DNA of 64,000 nt from Balanoglossus misakiensis (GCA_040954595.2 CM082586.2:9083337-9147336), one strand, 5' to 3'; positions 36,301-51,300 are shown, counted from the first letter of the stretch. The notes: generated from the letters alone by a model not told the origin. Translations and numbers: made by a program.

Positions 36301-39300
36301 CACTTTGACATGGGTATAAAATGTGTATAGGGGGATTTAAAGTTGTCAGTAAATCCCTGGGTTAATACGTGGCGGAAAGCACTGTACTTTGACATTGCTA
36401 ATGCAACGATGACATTGAATGGGATTCTTTGCATTAGGGCAAATGGCGAAGCAAGCTCAATGATGCATCAGAGTAGATGGTGATGCAAGCTCTGCACTTT
36501 CACATGGGTATTTAATGTTAAATGTAAATCCATAGGTTAATACGTGGCCAAAAGCACTCTATTTTGACATTGTTAATGGAACGATGACATTGAATCTGAT
36601 TCTTTGCATCAGGGCAAATGGCGAAGCAAGGTTGATGATGCATCAGGGTAGATAGTGATGCAATCACTTCACTTTGACATGGGTATTAAATGCATATGGG
36701 GATTTCAAGTTGATGATAAATCCCTGGGTTAATACGTGTCCAAAAGCCCTGTACTTTGACATTGCTAATGCAACGATGACATTGAATCAGATTCTTTGCA
36801 TCAGGGTAAATGGCGAAGCAAGCTCAATGATGCATCAGAGTAGATGGTGATGCAAACTCTGCACTTTCACATGGGTATTTAATGTTAAATGTAAATCCAT
36901 AGGTTAATACGTGGCCAAAAGCACTCTAATATGACATTGCTAATGCAACGATGACATTGAATCTGATTCTTTGCATCAGGGCAAATGGCGAAGCAAGGTT
37001 GATGATGCATCAGGGTAGATAGTGATGCAAGCTCTGCACTTTGACATGGGTATAAAATGCCTACAGGGGGATTTAAAGTTGTCTGTAAATCCCTGGGTTA
37101 ATACGTGGCGGAAAGCACTGTACTTTGACATTGCATATGCAATGGTGACATTGAATGGGATTCTTTGCATTAGGGCAAATGGCGAAGCAAGCTCAATGAT
37201 GCATCAGAGTAGATGGTGATGCAAACTCTGCACTTTCACATGGGTATTTAATGTTAACTCTAAATCCATAGGTTAATACGTGGCCAAAAGCACTCTAATT
37301 TGACATTGCTAATGCAACGATGACATTGAATCTGATTCTTTGCATCAGGGCAAATGGCGAAGCAAGGTTGATGATGCATCAGGGTAGATAGTGATGCAAT
37401 CACTTCACTTTGACATTGGTATTAAATGCATATGGGGATTTCAAGTTGATGATAAATCCCTGGTTTAATACGTGTCCAAAAGCACTGTAATTTGACATTG
37501 CTAATGCAACGATGACATTGAATCTGATTCTTTGCATCAGGGTATATGGCGTGGCAAGCTTTATGATGCATCAGGGTAGATAGTAATGCAAACACTTCAC
37601 TTTGACATGGGTATTAAATGCATATGGGGATTTCAGGTTGTTGAAAAATCTGTGGGTTAATACGTGTCCAAAAGCACTGTACTTTGACATTGCTAATGCA
37701 ACGATGACATTGAATATGATTCTTTGCATCAGGGTAAATGGCGTAGCAAGCTTTATGATGCATCAGGGTAGATAGTAATGCAAACACTTCACTTTGACAT
37801 GGGTATTAAATGCATATGGGGATTTCAGGTTGTTGAAAAATCTGTGGGTTAATACGTGTCCAAAAGCACTGTACTTTGACATTGCTAATGCAACGATGAC
37901 ATTGAATCTGATTGTTTGCATCAGGGTAAATGGCGTAGCAAGCTTTATGATGCATCAGGGTAGATAGTAATGCAAACACTTCACTTTGACATGGGTATTA
38001 AATGCATATGGGGATTTCAGGTTGTTGAAAAATCTGTGGGTTAATACGTGTCGAAAAGCACTGTACTTTGACATTGCTAATGCAATGATGACATTGAATC
38101 TGATTCTTTGCATCAGGGTAAATGGCGTAGCAAGCTTTATGATGCATCAGGGTAGATAGTGATGCAAACACTTCACTTTGACATGGGTATAAAATGCCTA
38201 CAGGGGGATTTAAAGTTGTCTGTAAATCCCTGGGTTAATACGTGTCCAAAAACACTGTACTTTGACATTGCTAATGCAGCGATGACATTGAATCTGATTC
38301 TTTGCATCAGGGTAAATGGCGAAGCAAGGTTGATGATGCATCAGGGTAGATAGTGATGCAAGCTCTGCACTTTAACATGGGTATAAAATGCCTACAGGGG
38401 GATTTAAAGTTGTCTGTAAATCCCTGGGTTAATACGTGGCGGAAAGCACTGTACTTTGACATTGCATATGCAATGGTGACATTGAATGGGATTCTTTGCA
38501 TTAGGGCAAATGGCGAAGCAAGCTCAATGATGCATCAGAGTAGATGGTGATGCAAACTCTGCACTTTCACATGGGTATTTAATGTTAAATGTAAATCCAT
38601 AGGTTAATACGTGGCCAAAAGCACTCTAATTTGACATTGCTAATGAAACGATGACATTGAATCTGATTCTCTGCATCAGGGCAAATGGCGAAGCAAGGTT
38701 GATGATGCATCAGGGTAGATAGTGATGCAATCACTTCACTTTGACATTGGTATTAAATGCATATGGGGATTTCAAGTTGATGATAAATCCCTGGGTTAAT
38801 ACGTGTCCAAAAGCACTGTACTTTGACATTGCTAATGCAACGATGACATTGAATCTGATTCTTTGCATCAGGGTATATGGCGTAGCAAGCTTTATGATGC
38901 ATCAGGGTAGATAGTGATGCAAACACTTCACTTTGACATGGGTATTAAATGCATATGGGGATTTCATGTTGTTGAAAAATCTGTGGGTTAATACGTGTCC
39001 AAAAGCACTGTACTTTGACATTGCTAATGCAACGATGACATTGAATCTGATTCTTTGCATCAGGGTAAATGGCGAAGCAAGGTTGATGATGCATCAGGGT
39101 AGATAGTGATGCAAGCTCTGCACTTTGACATGGGTATAAAATGCCTACTGGGGGATTTAAAGTTGTCTGTAAATCCCTGGGTTAATACGTGGCGGAAAGC
39201 ACTGTACTTTGACATTGCATATGCAATGGTGACATTGAATGGGATTCTTTGCATTAGGGCAAATGGCGAAGCAAGCTCAATGATGCATCAGAGTAGATGG

Positions 39301-42300
39301 TGATGCAAACTCTGCACTTTCACATGGGTATTTAATGTTAAATGTAAATCCATAGGTTAATACGTGGCCAAAAGCACTCTAATTTGACATTGCTAATGCA
39401 ACGATGACATTGAATCTGATTTTTTGCATCAGGGCAAATGGCGAAGCAAGGTTGATGATGCATCAGGATAGATAGTGATGCAATCACTTCACTTTGACAT
39501 GGGTATTAAATGAATATGGGGATTTCAAGTTGATGATAAATCCCTGGGTTAATACGTGTCCAAAAGCACTGTACTTTGACATTGCTAATGTAACGATGAC
39601 ATTGAATCTGATTCTTTGCATCAGGGTAAATGGCGTAGCAAGCTTTATGATGCATCAGGGTAGATAGTGATGCAAACACTTCACTTTGACATGGGTATTA
39701 AATGCATATGGGGATTTCAGGTTGTTGAAAAATCTGTGGGTTAATACGTGGCTGAAAGCACTGTACTTCGATATTGCATATGCAATGGTGACATTGAATG
39801 TGATTCTTTGCATTAGGGCAAATGGCGAAGCAAACTCAATGATGCATCAGAGTAGATGGTGATGCAAACTCTGCACTTTCACATGGGTATTTAATGTTAA
39901 ATGTAAATCCATAGGTTAATACCTGGCCAAAAGCACTCTAATTTGACATTGCTAATGCAACGATGACATTGAATCTGATTCTTTGCATCAGGGCAAATGG
40001 CGAAGCAAGGTTGATGATGCATCAGGGTAGATAGTGATGCAATCACTTCACTTTGACATGGGTATTAAATGCATATGGGGATTTCAAGTTGATGATAAAT
40101 CCCTGGGTTAATACGTGTCCAAAAGCACTGTACTTTGACATTGCTAATGTAACGATGACATTGAATCTGATTCTTTGCATCAGGGTAAATGGCGTAGCAA
40201 GCTTTATGATGCATCAGGGTAGATAGTGATGCAAACACTTCACTTTGACATGGGTATTAAATGCATATGGGGATTTCAGGTTGTTGAAAAATCTGTGGGT
40301 TAATACGTGTCGAAAAGCACTGTACTTTGACATTGCTAATGCAATGATGACATTGAATCTGATTCTTTGCATCAGGGTAAATGGCGTAGCAAGCTTTATG
40401 ATGCATCAGTATAGATAGTGATGCAAACACTTCACTTTGACATGGGTATAAAATGCCTACAGGGGAATTTAAAGTTGTCTGTAAATCCCTGGGTTAATAC
40501 GTGTGCAAAAGCACTGTACTTTGACATTGCTAATGCAACGATGACATTGAATCTGATTCTTTGCATCAGGGTAAATGGCGAAGCAAGGTTGATGATGCAT
40601 CAGGGTAGATAGTGATGCAAGCTCTGCACTTTGACATGGGTATAAAATGCCTACAGGGGGATTTAAAATTGTCTGTAAATCCCTGGGTTAATACGTGGCG
40701 GATAGCACTGTACTTTGACATTGCATATGCAATGGTGACATTGAATGGGATTCTTTGCATTAGGGCAAATGGCGAAGCAAGCTCAATGATGCATCAGAGT
40801 AGATGGTGATGCAAACTCTGCACTTTCACATGGGTATTTAATGTTAAATGTAAATCCATAGGTTAATACGTGGCCAAAAGCACTCTAATTTGACATTGCT
40901 AATGGAACGATGACATTGAATCTGATTCTTTGCATCAGGGCAAATGGCGAAGCAAGGTTGATGATGCATCAGGGTAGATAGTGATGCAATCACTTCACTT
41001 TGACATTGGTATTAAATGCATATGGGGATTTCAAGTTGATGATAAATCCCTGGGTTAATACGTGTCCAAAAGCACTGTACTTTGACATTGCTAATGCAAC
41101 GATGACATTGAATCTGATTCTTTGCATCAGGGTAAATGGCGTAGCAAGCTTTATGATGCATCAGGGTAGATAGTGATGCAAACACTTCACTTTGTCATGG
41201 GTATTAAATGCATATGGGGATTTCAGGTTGTTGAAAAATCTGTGGGTTAATACGTGTCCAAAAGCACTGTACTTTGACATTGCTAATGCAACGATGACAT
41301 TGAATCTGATTCTTTGCATCAGGGTAAATGGCGTAGCAAGCTTTATGACGCATCAGGGTAGATAGTGATGCAAACACTTCACTTTGACATGGGTATAAAA
41401 AGCATACAGGGGGATTTAAAGTTGTCTGTAAATCCCTGGGTTAATACGTGTCCAAAAACACTGTACTTTGACATTGCTAATGCAGCGATGACATTGAATC
41501 TGATTCTTTGCATCAGGGTAAATGGCAAAGCAAGGTTGATGATGCATCAGGGTAGATAGTGATGCAAGCTCTGCACTTTGACATGGGTATAAAATGCCTA
41601 CAGGGGGATTTAAAGTTGTCTGTAAATCCCTGGGTTAATACGTGGCTGAAAGCACTGTACTTTGACATTGCATATGCAATGGTGACATTGAATGGGATTC
41701 TTTGCATTAGGGCAAATGGCGAAGCAAGCTCAATGATGCATCAGAGTAGATGGTGATGCAAACTCTGCACTTTCACATGGGTATTTAATGTTAAATGTAA
41801 ATCCATAGGTTAATACGTGGCCAAAAGCACTCTAATTTGACATTGCTAATGCAACGATGACATTGAATCTGATTCTTTGCATCTGGGCAAATGGCGAAGC
41901 AAGGTTGATATTGCATCAGGGTAGATAGTGATGCAATCACTTCACTTTGACATGGGTATTAAATGCATATGGGGATTTCAAGTTGATGATAAATCCCTGG
42001 GTTAATACGTGTCCAAAAGCACTGTACTTTGACATTGCTAATGTAACGATGACATTGAATCTGATTCTTTGCATCAGGGTAAATGGCGTAGCAAGCTTTA
42101 TGATGCATCAGGGTAGATAGTGATGCAAACACTTCACTTTGACATGGGTATTAAATGCATATGGGGATTTCATGTTGTTGAAAAATCTGTGGGTTAATAC
42201 GTGTCCAAAAGCACTGTACTTTGACATTGCTAATGCAACGATGACATTGAATCTGATTCTTTGCATCAGGGTAAATGGCGAAGCAAGGTTGATGATGCAT

Positions 42301-45300
42301 CAGGGTAGATAGTGATGCAAGCTCTGCACTTTGACATGGGTATAAAATGCCTACTGGGGGATTTAAAGTTGTCTGTAAATCCCTGGGTTAATACGTGGCG
42401 GAAAGCACTGTACTTTGACATTGCATATGCAATGGTGACATTGAATGGGATTCTTTGCATTAGGGCAAATGGCGAAGCAAGCTCAATGATGCATCAGAGT
42501 AGATGGTGATGCAAACTCTGCACTTTCACATGGGTATTTAATGTTAAATGTAAATCCATAGGTTAATACGTGGCCAAAAGCACTCTAATTTGACATTGCT
42601 AATGCAACGATGACATTGAATCTGATTTTTTGCATCAGGGCAAATGGCGAAGCAAGGTTGATGATGCATCAGGATAGATAGTGATGCAATCACTTCACTT
42701 TGACATGGGTATTAAATGAATATGGGGATTTCAAGTTGATGATAAATCCCTGGGTTAATACGTGTCCAAAAGCACTGTACTTTGACATTGCTAATGTAAC
42801 GATGACATTGAATCTGATTCTTTGCATCAGGGTAAATGGCGTAGCAAGCTTTATGATGCATCAGGGTAGATAGTGATGCAAACACTTCACTTTGACATGG
42901 GTATTAAATGCATATGGGGATTTCAGGTTGTTGAAAAATCTGTGGGTTAATACGTGGCTGAAAGCACTGTACTTCGATATTGCATATGCAATGGTGACAT
43001 TGAATGTGATTCTTTGCATTAGGGCAAATGGCGAAGCAAACTCAATGATGCATCAGAGTAGATGGTGATGCAAACTCTGCACTTTCACATGGGTATTTAA
43101 TGTTAAATGTAAATCCATAGGTTAATACCTGGCCAAAAGCACTCTAATTTGACATTGCTAATGCAACGATGACATTGAATCTGATTCTTTGCATCAGGGC
43201 AAATGGCGAATCAAGGTTGATGATGCATCAGGGTAGATAGTGATGCAATCACTTCACTTTGACATGGGTATTAAATGCATATGGGGATTTCAGGTTGTTG
43301 AAAAATCTGTGGGTTAATACGTGGCTGAAAGCACTGTACTTCGATATTGCATATGCAATGGTGACATTGAATGTGATTCTTTGCATTAGGGCAAATGGCG
43401 TAGCAAGCTTTATGATGCATCAGGGTAGATAGTGATGCAAACACTTCACTTTGACATGGGTATTAAATGCATATGGGGATTTCAGGTTGTTGAAAAATCT
43501 GTGGGTTAATACGTGTCGAAAAGCACTGTACTTTGACATTGCTAATGCAATGATGACATTGAATCTGATTCTTTGCATCAGGGTAAATGGCGTAGCAAGC
43601 TTTATGATGCATCAGTATAGATAGTGATGCAAACACTTCACTTTGACATGGGTATAAAATGCCTACAGGGGAATTTAAAGTTGTCTGTAAATCCCTGGGT
43701 TAATACGTGTGCAAAAGCACTGTACTTTGACATTGCTAATGCAACGATGACATTGAATCTGATTCTTTGCATCAGGGTAAATGGCGAAGCAAGGTTGATG
43801 ATGCATCAGGGTAGATAGTGATGCAAGCTCTGCACTTTGACATGGGTATAAAATGCCTACAGGGGGATTTAAAATTGTCTGTAAATCCCTGGGTTAATAC
43901 GTGGCGGATAGCACTGTACTTTGACATTGCATATGCAATGGTGACATTGAATGGGATTCTTTGCATTAGGGCAAATGGCGAAGCAAGCTCAATGATGCAT
44001 CAGAGTAGATGGTGATGCAAACTCTGCACTTTCACATGGGTATTTAATGTTAAATGTAAATCCATAGGTTAATACGTGGCCAAAAGCACTCTAATTTGAC
44101 ATTGCTAATGGAACGATGACATTGAATCTGATTCTTTGCATCAGGGCAAATGGCGAAGCAAGGTTGATGATGCATCAGGGTAGATAGTGATGCAATCACT
44201 TCACTTTGACATTGGTATTAAATGCATATGGGGATTTCAAGTTGATGATAAATCCCTGGGTTAATACGTGTCCAAAAGCACTGTACTTTGACATTGCTAA
44301 TGCAACGATGACATTGAATCTGATTCTTTGCATCAGGGTAAATGGCGTAGCAAGCTTTATGATGCATCAGGGTAGATAGTGATGCAAACACTTCACTTTG
44401 TCATGGGTATTAAATGCATATGGGGATTTCAGGTTGTTGAAAAATCTGTGGGTTAATACGTGTCCAAAAGCACTGTACTTTGACATTGCTAATGCAACGA
44501 TGACATTGAATCTGATTCTTTGCATCAGGGTAAATGGCGTAGCAAGCTTTATGACGCATCAGGGTAGATAGTGATGCAAACACTTCACTTTGACATGGGT
44601 ATAAAAAGCATACAGGGGGATTTAAAGTTGTCTGTAAATCCCTGGGTTAATACGTGTCCAAAAACACTGTACTTTGACATTGCTAATGCAGCGATGACAT
44701 TGAATCTGATTCTTTGCATCAGGGTAAATGGCAAAGCAAGGTTGATGATGCATCAGGGTAGATAGTGATGCAAGCTCTGCACTTTGACATGGGTATAAAA
44801 TGCCTACAGGGGGATTTAAAGTTGTCTGTAAATCCCTGGGTTAATACGTGGCTGAAAGCACTGTACTTTGACATTGCATATGCAATGGTGACATTGAATG
44901 GGATTCTTTGCATTAGGGCAAATGGCGAAGCAAGCTCAATGATGCATCAGAGTAGATGGTGATGCAAACTCTGCACTTTCACATGGGTATTTAATGTTAA
45001 ATGTAAATCCATAGGTTAATACGTGGCCAAAAGCACTCTAATTTGACATTGCTAATGCAACGATGACATTGAATCTGATTCTTTGCATCTGGGCAAATGG
45101 CGAAGCAAGCTTTATGATGCATCAGGGTAGATAGTGATGCAAACACTTCACTTTGACATGGGTATTAAATGCATATGGGGATTTCAGGTTGTTGAAAAAT
45201 CTGTGGGTTAATACGTGTCCAAAAGCACTGTACTTTGACATTGCTAATGTAACGATGACATTGAATCTGATTCTTTGCATCAGGGTAAATGGCGTAGCAA

Positions 45301-48300
45301 GCTTTATGATGCATCAGGGTAGATAGTGATGCAAACACTTCACTTTGACATGGGTATTAAATGCATATGGGGATTTCAGGTTGTTGAAAAATCTGTGGGT
45401 TAATACGTGTCGAAAAGCACTGTACTTTGACATTGCTAATGCAATGATGACATTGAATCTGATTCTTTGCATCAGGGTAAATGGCGTAGCAAGCTTTATG
45501 ATGCATCAGGGTAGATAGTGATGCAAACACTTCACTTTGACATGGGTGTAAAATGCCTACAGGGGGATTTAAAGTTGTCTGTAAATCCCTGGGTTAATAC
45601 GTGTCCAAAAGCACTGTACTTTGACATTGCTAATGCAACGATGACATTGAATCTGATTCTTTGCATCAGGGTAAATGGCGAAGCAAGGTTGATGATGCAT
45701 CAGGGTAGATAGTGATGCAAGCTCTGCACTTTGACATGGGTATAAAATGCCTACTGGGGGATTTAAAGTTGTCTGTAAATCCCTGGGTTAATACGTGGCG
45801 GAAAGCACTGTACTTTGACATTGCATATGCAATGGTGACATTGAATGGGATTCTTTGCATTAGGGCAAATGGCGAAGCAAGCTCAATGATGCATCAGAGT
45901 AGATGGTGATGCAAACTCTGCACTTTCACATGGGTATTTAATGTTAAATGTAAATCCATAGGTTAATACGTGGCCAAAAGCACTCTAATTTGACATTGCT
46001 AATGCAACGATGACATTGAATCTGATTCTTTGCATCAGGGCAAATAGCGAAGCAAGGTTGATGATGCATCGGGATAGATAGTGATGCAATCACTTCACTT
46101 TGACATGGGTATTAAATGCATATGGGGATTTCAAGTTGATGATAAATCCCTGGGTTAATACGTGTCCAAAAGCACTGTACTTTGACATTGCTAATATAAC
46201 GATGACATTGAATCTGATTCTTTGCATCAGGGTAAATGGCGTAGCAAGCTTTATGATGCATCAGGGTAGATAGTGATGCAAACACTTCACTTTGACATGG
46301 GTATTAAATGCATATGGGGATTTCAGGTTGTTGAAAAATCTGTGGGTTAATACGTGTCGAAAAGCACTGTACTTTGACATTGCTAATGCAATGATGACAT
46401 TGAATCTGATTCTTTGCATCAGGGTAAATGGCGTAGCAAGCTTTATGATGCATCAGGGTAGATAGTGATGCAAACACTTCACTTTGACATGGGTATAAAA
46501 TGCCTACAGGGGGATTTAAAGTTGTCTGTAAATCCCTGGGTTAATACGTGTCCAAAAGCACTGTACTTTGACATTGCTAATGCAACGATGACATTGAATC
46601 TGATTCTTTGCATCAGGGTAAATGGCGAAGCAAGGTTGATGATGCATCAGGGTAGATAGTGATGCAAGCTCTGCACTTTGACATGGGTATAAAATGCCTA
46701 CAGGGGGATTTAAAGTTGTCTGTAAATCCCTGGGTTAATACGTGGCGGAAAGCACTGTACTTTGACATTGCATATGCAATGGTGACATTGAATGGGATTC
46801 TTTGCATTAGGGCAAATGGCGAAGCAAGCTCAATGATGCATCAGAGTAGATGGTGATGCAAACTCTGCACTTTCACATGGGTATTTAATGTTAAATGTAA
46901 ATCCATAGGTTAATACGTGGCCAAAAGCACTCTAATTTGACATTGCTAATGTAACGATGACATTGAATCTGATTCTTTGCATCAGGGTAAATGGCGTAGC
47001 AAGCTTTATGATGCATCAGGGTAGATAGTGATGCAAACACTTCACTTTGACATGGGTATTAAATGCATATGGGGATTTCAGGTTGTTGAAAAATCTGTGG
47101 GTTAATACGTGTCGAAAAGCACTGTACTTTGACATTGCTAATGCAATGATGACATTGAATCTGATTCTTTGCATCAGGGTAAATGGCGTAGCAAGCTTTA
47201 TGATGCATCAGGGTAGATAGTGATGCAAACACTTCACTTTGACATGGGTGTAAAATGCCTACAGGGGGATTTAAAGTTGTCTGTAAATCCCTGGGTTAAT
47301 ACGTGTCCAAAAGCACTGTACTTTGACATTGCTAATGCAACGATGACATTGAATCTGATTCTTTGCATCAGGGTAAATGGCGAAGCAAGGTTGATGATGC
47401 ATCAGGGTAGATAGTGATGCAAGCTCTGCACTTTGACATGGGTATAAAATGCCTACTGGGGGATTTAAAGTTGTCTGTAAATCCCTGGGTTCATACGTGG
47501 CGGAAAGCACTGTACTTTGACATTGCATATGCAATGGTGACATTGAATGGGATTCTTTGCATTAGGGCAAATGGCGAAGCAAGCTCAATGATGCATCAGA
47601 GTAGATGGTGATGCAAACTCTGCACTTTCACATGGGTATTTAATGTTAAATGTAAATCCATAGGTTAATACAGTCCCAACAGAACAGAACAACTATTTGT
47701 ACATTTCTGAATACGGCAAGTAGTACGTCAACCCTACGGGAACCCCTACGGGAACTATTGTTAGTTGTAGCAGAGTTTGCTGCAACAATTGTCTGAGGCC
47801 CATTTCCTTTTGTTACATTTCCGTAAAAACTACGGCAACTCCTTTACGGCAAGCCATTAACAAGGGAAGCTTAACACCTCTACCTGTAAATACTGCTGCA
47901 ACACCTGTCAATTAGCCCCCATAGAGTGATGCCTTTTGTTCAAGGTGTTGATTATTTTGCTACAACTAGAGTGATTGACAGGTCTAGAACTAGAGTGCAA
48001 CATTTTTGCAACAGGTCACTGCAACATTGTATCACAAAGTTTACAAAAGAAGCTCTGTCTAAAAATAAAATGGCAAAGGGCTGACATCAAATACCAATGA
48101 AGTCAGTTTTGGAATGATGTTATGTTCATCGACAAAGTCTGAACTCTCTTGGTAACAGAACAGTCTGTGGACATGAACAGAGGTCAACACATCCCTACCC
48201 CAGTGTTGTAGAATGCACATGTTTTGCTGGGGTTTCTTTTCTTTCAAGGAGCTGGACCAATTAATATTTGAGAGATACAGCATGACCAATGGAAAATCAA

Positions 48301-51300
48301 ACACAATGACGCATTTCACAATTGTGTTTAGCTTAAAAGACATTGGCTTTCTTTTTTTTTGACCTGCTGCCCCCCCCCCCTTACATGAAGACCCTGATAA
48401 TAAATAGTAGGCTTGTTTACAAAATAATGTTGGCCTGCAGTACCACGATCCGCTGCAGTTTGATCTTTAGAACAGACAAGTTTTGAAGGGTTTCATAAGT
48501 AGTAATGGTCTGTATTATTTCAATATTCTATTATACGGCAATGGATATACACTCATTTTCCGACGGGCAGTGCTTGAACATGATGGGAAGTGACTGGCAG
48601 CAATTAGTTGGCCGGTTTGGGATGAATGACCTACATGTTTACTCATTATATATTCACGCAATTTGTTTAGTCTAAGCAAGCCCCTGCACTTGGCAGAATT
48701 TGGATACAATTTGCCTGTCAATCATTGTCTGGCTACCTCTTGCCCCCAAAGTCCGCGCCTGATAAAATACATTCAATGAGCGACCTTTATATCCAGACAG
48801 AGAGGGGGTGGCCGCAGTGAATGAATTGATGGTAAGTTTCAAATTCACATGTAAAATTTTAACATTTTCTGTTCAAATCCAGCCAGTTCAATGTATTGTT
48901 TAATCAACATTCCTGAAATAAAAAAGTTGACAACAAAGTGATTACTACGAGCGGGCATGCATGACAGTATTGATCGCTGAACTTTCAACAAAATACACTG
49001 GTATAGTGGTTTAGTCCAAATGCGTCTTTGTCAAGCTCTCGGGTGCGTGAATATTCATGAGAAACTTATTACTGCGAACGTACATTCACAACATGAAACT
49101 AGTCCTATTATTTCAGAGCACTTGCCAAATGGTCAAATCATGGTGGTAAAAGATGAGTGGCCGGCAAGACCGGGCCTAGACGTCCTCCACCTGTGTCAAA
49201 CGGCTTTTGATGTGAATAATACTTTGCATAAATTACGAGGTCAACATGTGTGGTAGTGCCCGTAGTATCGATCGATCGACCTGGTAAAAAGATGAGCGGC
49301 TAGACGTCCTGCTGCCGTGTCTAACGGCTTTTGACGTGAATAATAATTTGAATAAATTACGAGGTCAACATGTGGCCGATTTCATCATGTAAATAAAAAG
49401 CACATGGGTCCAAAAGTTTCAGGCACTCTGATATGCATAGTGGTGTCAGAGGTGTTTCCCACACCAAAACTTAGAAGACAGTCATTTCAATTACGGCCTC
49501 CTGCCAAACTCAACACATGCGCACAAAATGGAACTGCAACTTTATTCACAACTCTGCAGAATTCTTGTGCAAAAAACAGACAAACTCAAAATACACATCG
49601 CACCATGGTTCACTCTGAATTATTTGGACTTTCACTGGGCCATGTCTCTGCTTGATAGCGTCAGGTTTGCAACACATTGTTGCCAAATTTACACATATTG
49701 ACAAGGTAATCAAAACAACAGGTGTTTTATTACTCGGGGTATCACTAATGCCAGGGAGGTCCGTCTGCGTCTATTTGGTCACCAGCATGGCACGCACACG
49801 TCCTGTAATTATAATTGCTGTTTTGAGTGCGTCTTTACCTAATTTGAATATCCTGATCAGGTTGTTGGCCTTGCCCTAGTTGTCTCAAAATGTACATTGA
49901 TACAAACAATTGCAACATATTAGTCAATACCCTGCCAACTTACGCCAAGTGTACATGTTGTTATGGAAGTTTATTTTTAGAACCGCTTGCGTTCTGCATA
50001 GGTCACAACACAAAACTTTGAAGCCCATCAGCTAGCCCTGCATAGCGTATGTACAGCTACTGAGACAGGGGAAATATTAGTAAGGTTGACAACTGACTTG
50101 CTCGCTATCAAGATTTAGAAGGAATTTATTTGCTTAGTGAGGCCAGGACATTAATTGCCCCCAACCAAGCAAAATCCACATGGGTGGAGCTCATTATCAC
50201 ACATAGACATTGCTACAACTATTGTTCACATCAGGGTGATAATCACCTCCCCATTAGCCCTTCTTGCCGTAACACCTGCCCCAAATTGCCGTAATGGAGC
50301 ACACATTCTTTTGTTTCAAACTACGGGAACCTTTGTAGTTGCCGTAAACTAAGACAAAAAACATCAATTAACCAACAAAAGAGGTGTTGCCGTAACATCT
50401 CTGCTACAACACTGCTACAACTAGTGCGGGAACTTTCCCGTACAGTTTAGTTGTTGTACGGTGTTGGGACTGTACGTGGCCAAAAGCACTCTAATTTGAC
50501 ATTGCTAATGCAACGATGACATTGAATCTGATTCTTTGCATCAGGGCAAATGGCGAAGCAAGGTTGATGATGCATCAGGATAGATAGTGATGCAATCACT
50601 TCACTTTGACATGGGTATTAAATGCATATGGGGATTTCAAGTTGATGATAAATCCCTGGGTTAATACGTGTCCAAAAGCACTGTACTTTGACATTGCTAA
50701 TGTAACGATGACATTGAATCTGATTCTTTGCATCAGGGTAAATGGCGTAGCAAGCTTTATGATGCATCAGGGTAGATAGTGATGCAAACACTTCACTTTG
50801 ACATGGGTATTAAATGCATATGGGGATTTCAGGTTGTTGAAAAATCTGTGGGTTAATACGTGTCGAAAAGCACTGTACTTTGACATTGCTAATGCAATGA
50901 TGACATTGAATCTGATTCTTTGCATCAGGGTAAATGGCGTAGCAAGCTTTATGATGCATCAGGGTAGATAGTGATGCAAACACTTCACTTTGACATGGGT
51001 ATAAAATGCCTACAGGGGGATTTAAAGTTGTCTGTAAATCCCTGGGTTAATACGTGTCCAAAAGCACTGTACTTTGACATTGCTAATGCAACGATGACAT
51101 TGAATCTGATTCTTTGCATCAGGGTAAATGGCGAAGCAAGGTTGATGATGCATCAGGGTAGATAGTGATGCAAACACTTCACTTTGACATGGGTATTAAA
51201 TGCATATGGGGATTTCAGGTTGTTGAAAAATCTGTGGGTTAATACGTGTCGAAAAGCACTGTACTTTGACATTGCTAATGCAATGATGACATTGAATCTG

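Noticed and set aside
48515-48915. Tyrosine recombinase remnant on the - strand (…ELAGF…IHSLR… and …IMSKHVGHSS…)
   Set aside because: The motifs are ~60 codons apart (about 20-25 expected), in disrupted frames, with no catalytic Tyr at the expected position, and they lie inside a TIR/TA-TSD element. Treated as chance unless a profile search says otherwise.
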